Made by a program: the position numbers and the translations under genes. Below, piece after piece: positions 45,401 through 58,282 of a stretch of DNA of 64,000 nt. The notes under the pieces are model-generated. The model made no database searches. It saw only the letters and a list, made by a program, of their open reading frames with translations, and had not been told where the DNA came from. The DNA comes from Kiritimatiellia bacterium (lineage in GTDB: Bacteria > Verrucomicrobiota > Kiritimatiellia > B70-G9), in the NCBI GenBank assembly GCA_029934055.1, contig JAOZMZ010000002.1:14489-78488 (forward strand), in the 5' to 3' direction. The first letter of the stretch is position 1; every line of letters begins with the position of its first letter.

Positions 45401-45486
45401 CGGCCATATTTTCCCCCAAGGCGGGGGATGTCAAGAAGCCGCAATTCGGCTATCCTGCCCCGCCGCAACAGTGTACATTGTTATCC

Positions 45487-48204
45487 GTGAGTCGGATCGT
45501 CACAGGACTACTGCTTCTCGCAATTCTGGCTCTCTCCGCCTCCGCCGGCGGCGGACCCGAAAACGTCCTCATCGTCGTCAACGACAACAGCAGCCGTTCG
45601 CTCGAAATCGGCCAGTACTATCAGGATGCCCGCGGAATCCCCGAACGGAATATATGTCACCTGAACACCACCACGAACTATTCGATCGACACCGCCGCCT
45701 TCACCAACCAGATCCGCCGGCCGATCTTCGATTACATCGCCCAGGCCGGTCTCAGCGGGCAGGTGGACTACATAGTCTTCTCCGTCGACTTTCCTTACCG
45801 GGTGTATCTCACCGGCTCGAGCTACAACACCAACAGCCTCACCGGGGCGATGTTCTACGATTACAAGAACTCGCCCCCGCCATGCTCACTGCCCCCTGCG
45901 GCGCTGAGCAGCTATTATGAAGCCGAAGAGGCTTTCTCCCATACCGGAACCACCGGCAACGGCTCCCTCTATATCAGCTCCATGCTCACCGCCTGGGACC
46001 TGGACCAGGCCCGCCGGCTCGTGGATCGCGCCGCCTCTGCAGACGCTGCCTGCCCCACGGGAACCACCTACTACCTGCGCCCCCCGGACAACGACCGCAA
46101 CGTCCGCTGGCACCAGTTCGAAGGCGCAATGTATCCGGTGCGTTTCCTCGCCGTCCCGCGCAGCAGTCAATACCTGGCCGCCTGGTACATCCAGGGGAAG
46201 AACGACGTCATCGGTTACATGCTCGGACGCACCCAAACCGAGCACCTCGACGACAATGTCTTCCTTCCGGGCGCACTCGCGGATCTGCTCACATCCTACA
46301 GCGGGTATCTCTTCGACAACCCCTGGGGGGCCCCTTCCTCCTGCCTGGAATGGATCCGCGTCGGCTGCGCCGGCACCTACGGCACGGTCGTCGAACCCTG
46401 CAACTACACCAACAAGTTTCCCCAGGCCCGCCTCCATTACTGGTACGCGCGCGGCTTCAGCATGGGCGAAGCTTTCACCATGTCGGTCCAGGCTCCATAC
46501 CAGGGCATCCTTGTCGGCGACCCCCTCTGCCAGCCGTATTCGCGCGGCCCGCTGGTGACGGTGGACGGACTGACGGACGGCCAAACGGTAACCGGCAGCG
46601 TGTCGGTCACAGTCACCAGCTTGTGCGCAACCGCCCAAGGTTCCATCAGCCGGATAGACCTCTTCCTGGACGGCCTGCGCATCGCCGTGCTCACGAATGT
46701 CGCCGTGACCCCCCTCAACGTCGTCACGGCCACTATCAACGGGCAGGACTGTACCTACCTCGTCCAGTCCGGCGACCGCCTCCCCGACGTGGCTTCCGGC
46801 CTGGCTTCCGCCATCAATAACAACGCCACCGGCGTGACCGCCCGCTCCTCCGGAGACCGCGTCGAAATCGTCCAGGACGCCCTGGGCGTCTCCGGAACCG
46901 GCATGACCTACAGCGCGACCACCTCCACCAACAGTTTCCTCGGCGGGGATTTGACGACCTTCGCCTGGACACCCGGCACGAACTTCGCCGAGACCACCTT
47001 TTTCGCCCGCCAGCGTATCGTCATCCACGGGGCGGTGGAATCCGGCGACATTGTCCGCGCCGTCATAACGCGCCTCGACGGCGCCGTCTTCACCAACGAA
47101 GCCGTCGCCGACGCCGACGACTCCAGCCGTGACCTGATGGAAAAACTCCACGTTGCCATCAATAACGACACCAACCTCCAAGGCACCGGGGGAGCATGGA
47201 TGCGCTACGTCGGCACCAACAAGGCCAGCAGCGACGTCGAGGCATACATCGAGGCGCGCACAAACACGTGGGACTCCTACAACATCTATCTCGATTACCA
47301 GGTCATCGGCCCGGACGGATCAAACTACAGCGGCCGACTGACCAGCAACGCCGACGTCATGGGCGCCCGCGCGGAAATTATGCTCACCGAGGGACGCACC
47401 CAGCTCGTCGCCGGTTACGTGCTCGATACCACGACTTATCCGGACGGGCCGCATACGCTGGCGGCGGTCGCCTATGACGGCTCGGCGGTGCGCGCCCAGG
47501 GACGGCGGGATATCTCCTTCAGCATAAGCAACAGCTCCCTCTCCTGCTGGATCGAAGAACCAACCCGCGGAAAACTCTTCGACTGGGGCGCAATGGTCAC
47601 GGTCTCGGTCAATGCCGCCGGCGGCACGGTCACCGGCATCACGCTCTTCGTGGAAGGCAAGCAATACGCCCTCACCAATACCCTCCCGGCCGTTTTCATC
47701 TGGGACACCTCGCAGTTCGGCCCCGGGCTGGTGGGGATCCAGGCGCGCGCCTGGCCCCCCTCCGGACCCGGCGCCCTCAGCGATGAAAAGCTCGTCCGCG
47801 TTCAAATTGACCGGGACGCGGACGACCTGCCCGACTGGTGGGAGTATGCCTGGTTCGGCGCGGCCACCACCACCACCGGATCCGCCGACGATGACGGCGA
47901 CGGCGCATCGAACCGCGCTGAATTCCTCGCCGATACACAGCCCACGAACACATCCCACTTCTTCGGCATCACCAATATCCTCCGCCGGGGTACCGGGGAC
48001 TCCACACGCATAACCTTCATCAGCAGCACCCAGCGGCTCTACAACATCTTCCTCAAGGACGCCCAGTTGTGCTCCACCCAGAACTGGTACGCCGCCGAAA
48101 CGAATTCCTTCTGGGGGGAGGAAGCGGATACGACCTGGTCGGATGACAGTGCTGACCCGACCGGCGGCCTGCGCTTCTACCGCGTCCGAGCCGAACTGCC
48201 GTAA
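45487..48204 (+). CDS. Secreted protein (about 905 aa) with Ig/FN3-like modules, a TSP3 repeat and the shared C-terminal FN3-like tail
   Basis: GTG start at 45487 gives the signal peptide VSRIVTGLLLLAILALSASA. The N-terminal block ENVLIVVNDNSSRSLEIGQYYQDARGIP resembles an uncharacterised family I have seen in PVC genomes. TSP3: DDDGDGASNRAEF. C-terminus: ...GGLRFYRVRAELP. Confidence 0.7.
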   Translation: MSRIVTGLLLLAILALSASAGGGPENVLIVVNDNSSRSLEIGQYYQDARGIPERNICHLNTTTNYSIDTAAFTNQIRRPIFDYIAQAGLSGQVDYIVFSVDFPYRVYLTGSSYNTNSLTGAMFYDYKNSPPPCSLPPAALSSYYEAEEAFSHTGTTGNGSLYISSMLTAWDLDQARRLVDRAASADAACPTGTTYYLRPPDNDRNVRWHQFEGAMYPVRFLAVPRSSQYLAAWYIQGKNDVIGYMLGRTQTEHLDDNVFLPGALADLLTSYSGYLFDNPWGAPSSCLEWIRVGCAGTYGTVVEPCNYTNKFPQARLHYWYARGFSMGEAFTMSVQAPYQGILVGDPLCQPYSRGPLVTVDGLTDGQTVTGSVSVTVTSLCATAQGSISRIDLFLDGLRIAVLTNVAVTPLNVVTATINGQDCTYLVQSGDRLPDVASGLASAINNNATGVTARSSGDRVEIVQDALGVSGTGMTYSATTSTNSFLGGDLTTFAWTPGTNFAETTFFARQRIVIHGAVESGDIVRAVITRLDGAVFTNEAVADADDSSRDLMEKLHVAINNDTNLQGTGGAWMRYVGTNKASSDVEAYIEARTNTWDSYNIYLDYQVIGPDGSNYSGRLTSNADVMGARAEIMLTEGRTQLVAGYVLDTTTYPDGPHTLAAVAYDGSAVRAQGRRDISFSISNSSLSCWIEEPTRGKLFDWGAMVTVSVNAAGGTVTGITLFVEGKQYALTNTLPAVFIWDTSQFGPGLVGIQARAWPPSGPGALSDEKLVRVQIDRDADDLPDWWEYAWFGAATTTTGSADDDGDGASNRAEFLADTQPTNTSHFFGITNILRRGTGDSTRITFISSTQRLYNIFLKDAQLCSTQNWYAAETNSFWGEEADTTWSDDSADPTGGLRFYRVRAELP

Positions 48205-48207
48205 ACC

Positions 48208-49335
48208 TCAGCCCGGCGCGGCACCGCCCGCGTCCCCGATCCTGCGGCGCAATTCGGCCAGCAGATCGGTGAGGCCGTCCCCGGTGGCCGCGGAAACCGG
48301 CAAAGGATTCTCGCCGGTCTCCTCCCGAAATACTTCCAGATTCGCCCGGGCTTCCGCCAGGTCCATCTTGTTCGCCGCCACCAGGTAAGGACGCCTCAAC
48401 AGATCCTCACGGTAGAGACCCAGCTCCTCACGAAGATGCCGATAGTCTTCCGCGGGATTCCTGCCGTCGCTACCGGCCAGATCTATCACGTACACCAAGA
48501 AGCGCGTCCTCTCGATGTGCCGGAGGAACTGATGTCCCAGGCCGACCCCGGCGTGGGCTCCCTCCACCAATCCCGGAATATCCGCCACCCGTAGCGAAAA
48601 AAAGTCGTCATACTTCACAGTGCCGACCACCGGATTGATCGTCGTGAAAGGATAGGCGGCTACCTTCGGATGCGCATGACTGATCCGCCGCAGCAAGGTC
48701 GACTTGCCGGCGTTGGGGTACCCCACCAGGCCCACCTCCGCCACCATTTTCAGTTCCAGGACCACTACCCGCTGCTCGCCGCGCTCCCCCGGAGTAAACT
48801 CCCGCGGGGCCCGGTGAGCAGGCGTCACGAAATGACAATTGCCGACCCCGCCCTTGCCCCCGCGCGCCAGCCGCAAGCGTTCACCCTCCTCCACGACCTC
48901 TCCGATGATCTCCCCGCTTTCGGCATCCGCCGCCACGGTCCCGCACGGCACCCGAATGACGAGATCCCGGCCGTTGCGCCCGTGCCGTTTTTTCGAGCTG
49001 CCGTGACCCCCATGTCCCGCTTTCTGATGGGGACGGTAATACAGATCAAGAAGCGAATCCGTGTTGCGCTCGGCCTCGATGTATACGTGGCCTCCACGCC
49101 CGCCGTCACCCCCGTCGGGACCGCCCCGCGGAACAAACTTCTCCCGGCGAAAAGACGCGCACCCGTCACCACCGTTGCCGGCCGTGACGTATATCTTCAC
49201 CCGATCCTTAAACGCCGGTGCTCTCACGCTGACCCTCTGCCACTCACATCTATCACAAACTCGACACCCCGCGCCAGCCGCGACTCCCCGTCCCCGGCCG
49301 GCCGTTGCCCCGGCTCCCGCGCATGACACGAACAC
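48208..49335 (-). CDS. obg: GTPase Obg/CgtA
   Basis: The Obg N-terminal Gly-rich fold (GGDGGRGGHVY, GGKGGVGN) is followed by G-domain motifs (GYPNAGKST, DIPGLVEGA, NKMD). The true start is probably a GTG downstream of the ORF-track ATG. Confidence 0.9.
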   Translation of the reverse strand: MFVSCAGAGATAGRGRGVAAGAGCRVCDRCEWQRVSVRAPAFKDRVKIYVTAGNGGDGCASFRREKFVPRGGPDGGDGGRGGHVYIEAERNTDSLLDLYYRPHQKAGHGGHGSSKKRHGRNGRDLVIRVPCGTVAADAESGEIIGEVVEEGERLRLARGGKGGVGNCHFVTPAHRAPREFTPGERGEQRVVVLELKMVAEVGLVGYPNAGKSTLLRRISHAHPKVAAYPFTTINPVVGTVKYDDFFSLRVADIPGLVEGAHAGVGLGHQFLRHIERTRFLVYVIDLAGSDGRNPAEDYRHLREELGLYREDLLRRPYLVAANKMDLAEARANLEVFREETGENPLPVSAATGDGLTDLLAELRRRIGDAGGAAPG

Positions 49336-49429
49336 CCGCCTTGTCGCCGACCGGCAAAAATGTTATTCTCTTGCCTTCGAAAGGCGGAGCGCCGAATTGG
49401 TCCGCAAATCTTGGAATAAGGAAGGGAAC

Positions 49430-49802
49430 AATGCGAAATCCACGGCTGGCATACAAGTACGCGCCGATGATCCTCGCGGCCGCAATCGCGGCTCTTCTCG
49501 CTGCAGGGTGCACCACGCGTATCGGCGAGTTCTCGATCGTCTCCACGAGTACACCCCAATACGCCAACATGTCCAAGGGCCGTATCGTCCAGGGCGTGCG
49601 CGGAGAAGATGGACGGGCCTGGTTCCTCTTCATTCCGCTGGATAAACACCCCAATATCCAGGAAGCCGCCGACGACTGCATGGATCACGGCCGCGGAGAT
49701 TATATCGAGCGCGCCCGCTTCTTCCATACCTGGTGGAGTATCATCCTGTTCAGCCACGACGGCTACTACGTCATCGGAGACGTCGGAAACTCCAAGGACT
49801 GA
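49430..49802 (+). CDS. Small lipoprotein (124 aa) of unknown function
   Basis: Signal peptide with lipobox LLAAGC. Plausible globular composition. It lies between rpmA and obg on the opposite strand. Confidence 0.5.
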
Positions 49803-49854
49803 CCCCGAACTTCGTCCCCGGTTATCGCTCCGACGGATCGCCGGCGCCGCGCCT

Positions 49855-50106
49855 TCAGGCGCTCAGCTCGCGCACGTTCACCCGCCGGCCGCCCTTGTCG
49901 AATTCCACCCGACCGTCCTTCAGCGCAAAGAGAGTGTAGTCACGCCCGATCCCCACGTTCCTGCCGGCATGGAAACGGGTGCCCACCTGCCGCACGAGAA
50001 TGCTTCCCGCCCTGACGAATTGACCGGCAAAACGCTTCACACCGCGGCGCTTACTCTGGCTGTCGCGCCCGTTCCTGGAACTGCTCTGACCCTTCTTGTG
50101 CGCCAT
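49855..50106 (-). CDS. rpmA: 50S ribosomal protein L27
   Basis: [40 protein letters not shown] is a near-canonical L27 N-terminus. Confidence 0.92.
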   Translation of the reverse strand: MAHKKGQSSSRNGRDSQSKRRGVKRFAGQFVRAGSILVRQVGTRFHAGRNVGIGRDYTLFALKDGRVEFDKGGRRVNVRELSA

Positions 50107-50126
50107 TGTCTCCGCTCCCGCGGCCT

Positions 50127-50447
50127 TCAGCCGACCTTCAACTCCCCTATCTCAACCCGCGTCAACTCCTGCCGGTGCCCCTTTTTCCTCTTGTAGCCCT
50201 TGCGCCTCTTCTTCTTGAAAACAACCACTTTGCGTCCCCGCACATGTCCGAGCACCTTGCCGGTCACGCGCGCCCCCTCTACCACCGGCTCGCCGATTTC
50301 CACCGCCGCGCCGTCCGAAACCGCCAGCACACGCTCGAAAGTCACATCCTGGCCCTCGTCCTGCGGCAGGCGCTCCACCACGACAACCGTTCCCGGCCGC
50401 ACCATGAATTGCTTCCCGCCGCTTTCTATGATCGCGTATTTTTCCAT
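50127..50447 (-). CDS. rplU: 50S ribosomal protein L21
   Basis: [27 protein letters not shown] is a canonical L21 start. The gene lies directly upstream of rpmA. Confidence 0.92.
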   Translation of the reverse strand: MEKYAIIESGGKQFMVRPGTVVVVERLPQDEGQDVTFERVLAVSDGAAVEIGEPVVEGARVTGKVLGHVRGRKVVVFKKKRRKGYKRKKGHRQELTRVEIGELKVG

Positions 50448-50571
50448 CTCCGGGCAACCCTCTCGGACTTATGTCTCAAGGCGGCGCAAAATACATGAGC
50501 CGCGCCCCGCTGTCAACACCCGTATTCCGGGGATTTTTCGGGACCCCCGCCGCCGGCCCGCACCCCCGCGT

Positions 50572-51705
50572 CTATTCCTCCCCCGCCAGGCACCGGCGGA
50601 TGCTTCGATCCAACCCCTCCAGGAAACTCCGCAGGCTGAATCTCAGTACGCTCGCCCGAATCTTTTCCCCGTCCCAACTGCGCCGCGCACATTCCTCCAC
50701 CGCCGATATCAGCGCATCCTCGCGCTGCTCATCGAAAAAAACCCCGCCGACGCCTTCCTCGACGGATTCGAGCACACCACCGGCCGCATACGCCACCACC
50801 GGCCGCCCGCACGCCTGCGCCTCAACCGGTACCAGCCCGAAATCCTCTTCCCCCGGAAAAACCAGACAGCGACACCCGCGGTACAACTCCCGCACGGCTT
50901 CGTCGGGCTGTCTCCCAAGAAAGGTGATGTTCTCCGCCGCCATTCTCCTGAGACGTTCGTATTCCGTCCCCGTGCCGACGATCACCAGCGGATACCCCGT
51001 CCGGCTGTAGGCCCGCACCGCCAGGTCAATGCGCTTGTACGGTACCAGCGCGGACACGATCAAATCATATTCGCCGCCCGTACCCGGCCCCGGAGTGAAC
51101 CACTCCAAATCCACCGGCGGATAGACCACGTCGGCCGGGCGCTGATAGCAGGACTCGATCCTGCGCTGCACGTTGCGGCTGATGGCGACGAAGCGGTCCA
51201 CCCGGCGCGACGAGCGCCGGTCCCACTCGCGCAGGCGCCCCAGCAACGGACTCAGCAGGCCCTGCTTGAGGCGGCTCTTTCCGAAATACTCCTCGTAGAA
51301 CACCCATACGTAACGCATCGGCGTAAAGCAGTAACATAGATGCCGCATTCCCGGCGGCGGCCTGATTCCCTTCGCCACGCAATGACTGGTGCTGATGAGT
51401 ATGTCCGCCTCCGGCGGCCGGAACCGCTCGACCAGATACGGCATCACCGGCAGAAACATCCGGTAGTGACGCCGCGCGCCCGGTACCTGTTGCAACAGGG
51501 ATGTGTGAACCGGGTGCCGATTGATCGTCCCGCTGACGGCGCCGGGATCGTGCAGCATGGTGAATATGGGCGCCCGTGGAAACGCCCGGCAAAGAATCTC
51601 CAGCACGCGCTCGCCCCCGCGCATCCCCGTCAGCCAGTCGTGGGAAAGCACCACCTCCAGCGACTCCCACGTGCGTGGATACAGATTCTCCTCTCCCGGA
51701 CTCAT
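50572..51705 (-). CDS. Glycosyltransferase family 4
   Basis: The C-terminal GT4 EX7E region is EDFGLVPVEAQACGRPVVAYAAGG. Confidence 0.8.
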   Translation of the reverse strand: MSPGEENLYPRTWESLEVVLSHDWLTGMRGGERVLEILCRAFPRAPIFTMLHDPGAVSGTINRHPVHTSLLQQVPGARRHYRMFLPVMPYLVERFRPPEADILISTSHCVAKGIRPPPGMRHLCYCFTPMRYVWVFYEEYFGKSRLKQGLLSPLLGRLREWDRRSSRRVDRFVAISRNVQRRIESCYQRPADVVYPPVDLEWFTPGPGTGGEYDLIVSALVPYKRIDLAVRAYSRTGYPLVIVGTGTEYERLRRMAAENITFLGRQPDEAVRELYRGCRCLVFPGEEDFGLVPVEAQACGRPVVAYAAGGVLESVEEGVGGVFFDEQREDALISAVEECARRSWDGEKIRASVLRFSLRSFLEGLDRSIRRCLAGEE

Positions 51706-52862
51706 GTCTCCTCCTCCCCGCGGGCGGCGCGGTAGACTTTCTCCGTCTCGCGGGCGGCGCGTTCCCAGGAAAATTGCGCCGCGCGCCGCAGACCCTTGCG
51801 CCGCAAATCCTCCGCCAGCCCCCTGTCAGTCAGCACCGCCGTGATGCCCGCAGCCAGGGCCTCCACGTCGTCCAGCTCCACGAACAAGGCGGCATCTCCG
51901 GCCACCTCGGGAAGCGAGCCCGCCCGCGTACACACAACCGGCGTGCCGCACGCCATGGCCTCCAGTACGGTCAGCCCGAAGCCCTCCGCCCGCGACGGCA
52001 ACACGTATACCGCAGCCGTCCGATAGGCTTCAACCAGCTCGTCGGTATCCAGATACCCGTCCCAACTGACGAACGCCCCCAGCCGCAATGCCTGCACCCG
52101 TTCCTCGGCCTCCGGATAACGCGCGTCGGCAGGACCCACTACCCGCAGGCGCACCCCGTCCACCTTCTGCCGGACCAATGCAAACGCCTCGACCAGCAAC
52201 GCCAGGTTCTTGTAAGGATCACGCCGGCCGACGTACAGAATCACCGCCTCCGGCCCGTCCCATCCCTCCCCGGTTCCGCCCGGGCTGAAACGGGGATCCA
52301 CCCCCTCCGGCACAACCCACACACTGCCCGCCCGCTCCGGCCCGATCTTCAGCTCCCTGAGCACGTCGGCCCGCGTCGCCCCGCTGGGACAAATTATGGC
52401 ATCCGCCCGCCGCCCCACCTCCCGCATGATCCAGCGGTAAAGCCAAAAAAAACGCCGCTTGCGCGCCCGCGGCGCATGATCCGGATATACCAGGGGAATC
52501 ACGTCATGCAGCGTCACCACGCAGGCCGTCCGCCCCCTGCGACCGGCCGGAAACGCCGCCAGTGGTATCATGTAGTTCGGCGCATGATAGACTTCCACCC
52601 CCTCGCGCCGCAACAACGCCGGCAGACTTACCTGGGCCCGCATGTCAAACGGCCCGTAGTCCACCAGCAAGGACTTCGCCCTTGCGGCCGCCGGCGGCCC
52701 GATGGCGTTCAGCGTCCGCCGCCGGACTTCGGGATCATCGAAGAGCAACAAATACTCGTTCTCCGCCCCCCCGCGAATCAGCGCCGCCGCCAGTTCGGCG
52801 GTGTACTGCCCGACTCCGCTCAACTCCCGGAATATCCAGCGACAATCCAGTAAGACCCTCAT
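51702..52862 (-). CDS. Glycosyltransferase family 4
   Basis: EGFGLTVLEAMACGTPVVCTRAGSLPEV is present. The start is taken at [10 protein letters not shown]. The ORF-track extension to 53015 is Gly-rich and improbable. Confidence 0.8.
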   Translation of the reverse strand: MRVLLDCRWIFRELSGVGQYTAELAAALIRGGAENEYLLLFDDPEVRRRTLNAIGPPAAARAKSLLVDYGPFDMRAQVSLPALLRREGVEVYHAPNYMIPLAAFPAGRRGRTACVVTLHDVIPLVYPDHAPRARKRRFFWLYRWIMREVGRRADAIICPSGATRADVLRELKIGPERAGSVWVVPEGVDPRFSPGGTGEGWDGPEAVILYVGRRDPYKNLALLVEAFALVRQKVDGVRLRVVGPADARYPEAEERVQALRLGAFVSWDGYLDTDELVEAYRTAAVYVLPSRAEGFGLTVLEAMACGTPVVCTRAGSLPEVAGDAALFVELDDVEALAAGITAVLTDRGLAEDLRRKGLRRAAQFSWERAARETEKVYRAARGEEET

Positions 52863-53989
52863 TCGCGCCTTTCCCTCAACACCGCCCGGTAAACCTCCAT
52901 CGTCCGCCGCGCCGTCTCCTCCCAGCGGTACCCCGCCGCCCGTCGCAGACCCCGCTCCTTCAGTCCCTCCCGATACGCGGAATCGCTCAACACCCGCCGC
53001 AGGTGAAGCGCCCATTCATCCGCATCGAACCCTTTCACCAGATCGGCACCGTCCCCCAATACCTCCGGCAGGGACCCGGTTGCCGCCGCCACCACCGGAG
53101 CCCCGCAGGCCATCGCCTCCAGCGGCGGCAGGCCGAACCCTTCATACAGCGACGGAAAGACGAACACGTCCGCGGCCGCATACAGGGCCCGCAGATCAGC
53201 ATCCGCCAATCCTTCCAGGTGCCTGATGGCGACCGCCCGCGGCGAACTGCGCATCCTCTCGAAAATCGGCCCGAATTTCCAGCCGCGCCTGCCCACCACG
53301 ACCAACTCGCCCCCATACTCCTCCAGACGCTCAAACACCTCGATCAGGAAAACGATGTTCTTGCGCGGCTCGATGGTCCCAACGGTCAATATGTACGGCC
53401 GCTCCAACCCCCGGCGCCGCCGCACCGCCGCCGTCTCGTCCGCGGACGGCGCCCGCATCGCCGGGTCCACTCCCAGATGAATCGGGTGCAGCTTCTCCCG
53501 CGCCACCCCCAGCAGATCATGAATCTCATCCGCCGAAAAACGCGAATCGGTTATGATCGCGTCCGCCCGCGCCGCCGTCGCCCCGATCCGCGCCCGCAGG
53601 TAGCGCAGATTGCCCCTCTCCGTGGTTTCCGGAAAACGCAGGAAAGAAACGTCGTGGATCGTCGCCACCGCCGCCGAATTTCCCAGCGGCGGCAGAATGA
53701 AATTCGGGAAATGATAGACGTCCGCCGCCCCCGCCAGCCGTTCGAACGCCGGCGGCAGCCCGTGTTTCCACAACCCCTGCACGACCCGCCCCGGTATCCA
53801 GCGAACCACCCGCTCGACCGTGCGCGCCGCCCGCAAGGCGCGCCCCCGCCGCCTGAAATCAAAATAGAACGCCACCAGCTCGTCCCCCCCGCCGAGGAAC
53901 AACGGCAGATACTCCACCAGCGAACGCGTGTAACGCCCGACACCCGCCCCTTGACTCACCGCAGCCTGGACATCAATACATATTCTCAT
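52859..53989 (-). CDS. Glycosyltransferase family 4
   Basis: [28 protein letters not shown] is present. The start is taken at MRICIDVQA. Confidence 0.8.
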   Translation of the reverse strand: MRICIDVQAAVSQGAGVGRYTRSLVEYLPLFLGGGDELVAFYFDFRRRGRALRAARTVERVVRWIPGRVVQGLWKHGLPPAFERLAGAADVYHFPNFILPPLGNSAAVATIHDVSFLRFPETTERGNLRYLRARIGATAARADAIITDSRFSADEIHDLLGVAREKLHPIHLGVDPAMRAPSADETAAVRRRRGLERPYILTVGTIEPRKNIVFLIEVFERLEEYGGELVVVGRRGWKFGPIFERMRSSPRAVAIRHLEGLADADLRALYAAADVFVFPSLYEGFGLPPLEAMACGAPVVAAATGSLPEVLGDGADLVKGFDADEWALHLRRVLSDSAYREGLKERGLRRAAGYRWEETARRTMEVYRAVLRERRE

Positions 53990-54162
53990 CCCTGCCAGCT
54001 CCCGGCACCGACGCCGCCCACTCTCATCCCCTGCATTATGCACCATTCCGTCCCCCAGTCCACCCATCCACGCCCCCCCACAAGGGAGGATTCGACTTTC
54101 AACTCCTAGTCCGGCGCCCTAAAATAAGAACGCATACTAACCAGAACGGAGACTCTAGCAAC

Positions 54163-57003
<2,841 letters not shown>

Positions 57004-57095
57004 AATCGTTATTTTTTTCACTTTTCCCGCTTGACTCCCCGCCGATTTGGTAATATTTTCGTCACAAAAATCATACCGGTCACCGTACCAAAAAT

Positions 57096-57101
57096 AAGGA
57101 G
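57096..57101 (+). promoter_or_regulatory. Shine-Dalgarno sequence (AAGGAG) for the DUF4198 gene
   Basis: AAGGAG lies 8 nt upstream of ATG 57110. A weak sigma70-like TTGACT (57031) ... TAATAT (57051) pair with a short spacer lies further upstream; I consider it uncertain. Confidence 0.4.
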
Positions 57102-57109
57102 TACAAATC

Positions 57110-57883
57110 ATGACGTCGACATCCAGGCCCGCCGTTGCCGCCGCCGCCCTCCTGCTCCTCACCCTCACCGCCCAGGCCCACTTCCAGGTCATCCTCCCCG
57201 CAACCGATATCATCCCCGTCGAAGGACCCCTCCAAACCTCACTGCGATTGATCTTCACCCATCCCATGGAACAGGGACCGGTCATGAATATGAAATCACC
57301 CCGCGAATTCGGCGTCTTCTACAACGGCGCCAAACATGACCTGCTCAAAACCCTCACCCCCCAACCCCTCCACGGAAAAATGACCTATACCACCACCTTC
57401 AAGTTCCCCGCACCCGCCGACTACATCTTTTACCTCGCCCCCGCCCCCTACTGGGAACCCGCCGAAAACAAGATGATCATCCACTACACCAAGGTCATCG
57501 TGGACGTCGGCGACGCCCAGGAAGGCTGGGACGCCCTCGTCGGCCTCCCCGTGGAAATCGAACCGCTCGTCCGCCCCTACGGCCTCTGGACCGGAAATGT
57601 CTTCCGCGGAATCGTCCGTCATGACGGCAAACCGGTGCCCTTCGCCGAAATCGAAGTCGAGTACTGGAACGCCGCAAACAAAGTCCATCCCCCTGCACAA
57701 CCCTTCGTCACCCAGGTCATCAAGGCCGACTCCACCGGCGTCTTCTCCTACGCAATCCCCCGCGCCGGCTGGTGGGGATTCGCCGCCCTGATCGAAGGAC
57801 CCTCGATGAAAAACCCCGCCGGACGCAACGTCCCCTCGGAACTCGGCGGCCTGATCTGGATCCGTGCCGTGGACATGCACTGA
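57110..57883 (+). CDS. DUF4198-family periplasmic protein (NikK-like candidate Ni/Co-binding component)
   Basis: Signal peptide AAAALLLLTLTAQA is followed immediately by HFQVILP. The N-terminal His after cleavage is typical of this metal-uptake-associated family. Length is about 257 aa. It lies upstream of cbiMNQO. Confidence 0.65.
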   Translation: MTSTSRPAVAAAALLLLTLTAQAHFQVILPATDIIPVEGPLQTSLRLIFTHPMEQGPVMNMKSPREFGVFYNGAKHDLLKTLTPQPLHGKMTYTTTFKFPAPADYIFYLAPAPYWEPAENKMIIHYTKVIVDVGDAQEGWDALVGLPVEIEPLVRPYGLWTGNVFRGIVRHDGKPVPFAEIEVEYWNAANKVHPPAQPFVTQVIKADSTGVFSYAIPRAGWWGFAALIEGPSMKNPAGRNVPSELGGLIWIRAVDMH

Positions 57884-57928
57884 CCAAAATGAAACACCCC
57901 ACGAAAAAAACAACCGCCCCATCCCCTT

Positions 57929-58258
57929 TTTCCAATCATTGGAACTTTTCCACCCAAAACTTCCAAACATTGGAAGTTTCCACCTCAAAAACTTCCAAAC
58001 ATTGGAAAAATCGCCGCCAAAACTTCCAATCATTGGAAACTTTCCATCAAAAACTTCCAATCATTGGAAACCTCCCCCCTGAAAACTTCCAATCATTGGA
58101 AAAACCGCCGGCAAAACTTCCAATCATTGGAAACTTCCACCCTAAAAACTTCCAAACATTGGAAAAATCGGCGCCAAAACTTCCAATCATTGGAAAAACT
58201 TATAGAAAAACTTCCAAACATTGGAAACTTTGTGTGCACAAACTTCCAATCATTGGAA
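57929..58258. repeat. Tandem array of 11 phased copies of a 15-bp 7-1-7 inverted repeat, TTCCAA[T/A]CATTGGAA; most copies are preceded by AAAAC
   Basis: Copies begin at 57929, 57961, 57993, 58024, 58055, 58087, 58118, 58150, 58181, 58212 and 58244. Centre-to-centre spacing is 31-32 bp throughout. Spacers are 10-13 bp and are themselves semi-repetitive (ACTTTCCACC-like and AAATCGCCGCC-like). The region is locally AT-rich within a GC-rich genome. Confidence 0.9.
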
Positions 58259-58282
58259 GAATTTTGCAAATGAATCTCTCCT

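Noticed and set aside
49224-49757. A 177-aa minus-strand ORF overlapping the small lipoprotein gene
   Set aside because: No signal or family features. The plus-strand ORF has a clean lipobox signal peptide and more protein-like composition. The choice remains somewhat uncertain, so the lipoprotein confidence is kept at 0.5.
57929-58258. CRISPR-array interpretation of the phased palindromic repeats
   Set aside because: The repeat unit is about 20 bp and the spacers are only 10-13 bp. The spacers are semi-repetitive rather than unique. No cas genes are in the window. The architecture fits an operator, centromere or REP-like array, not CRISPR.
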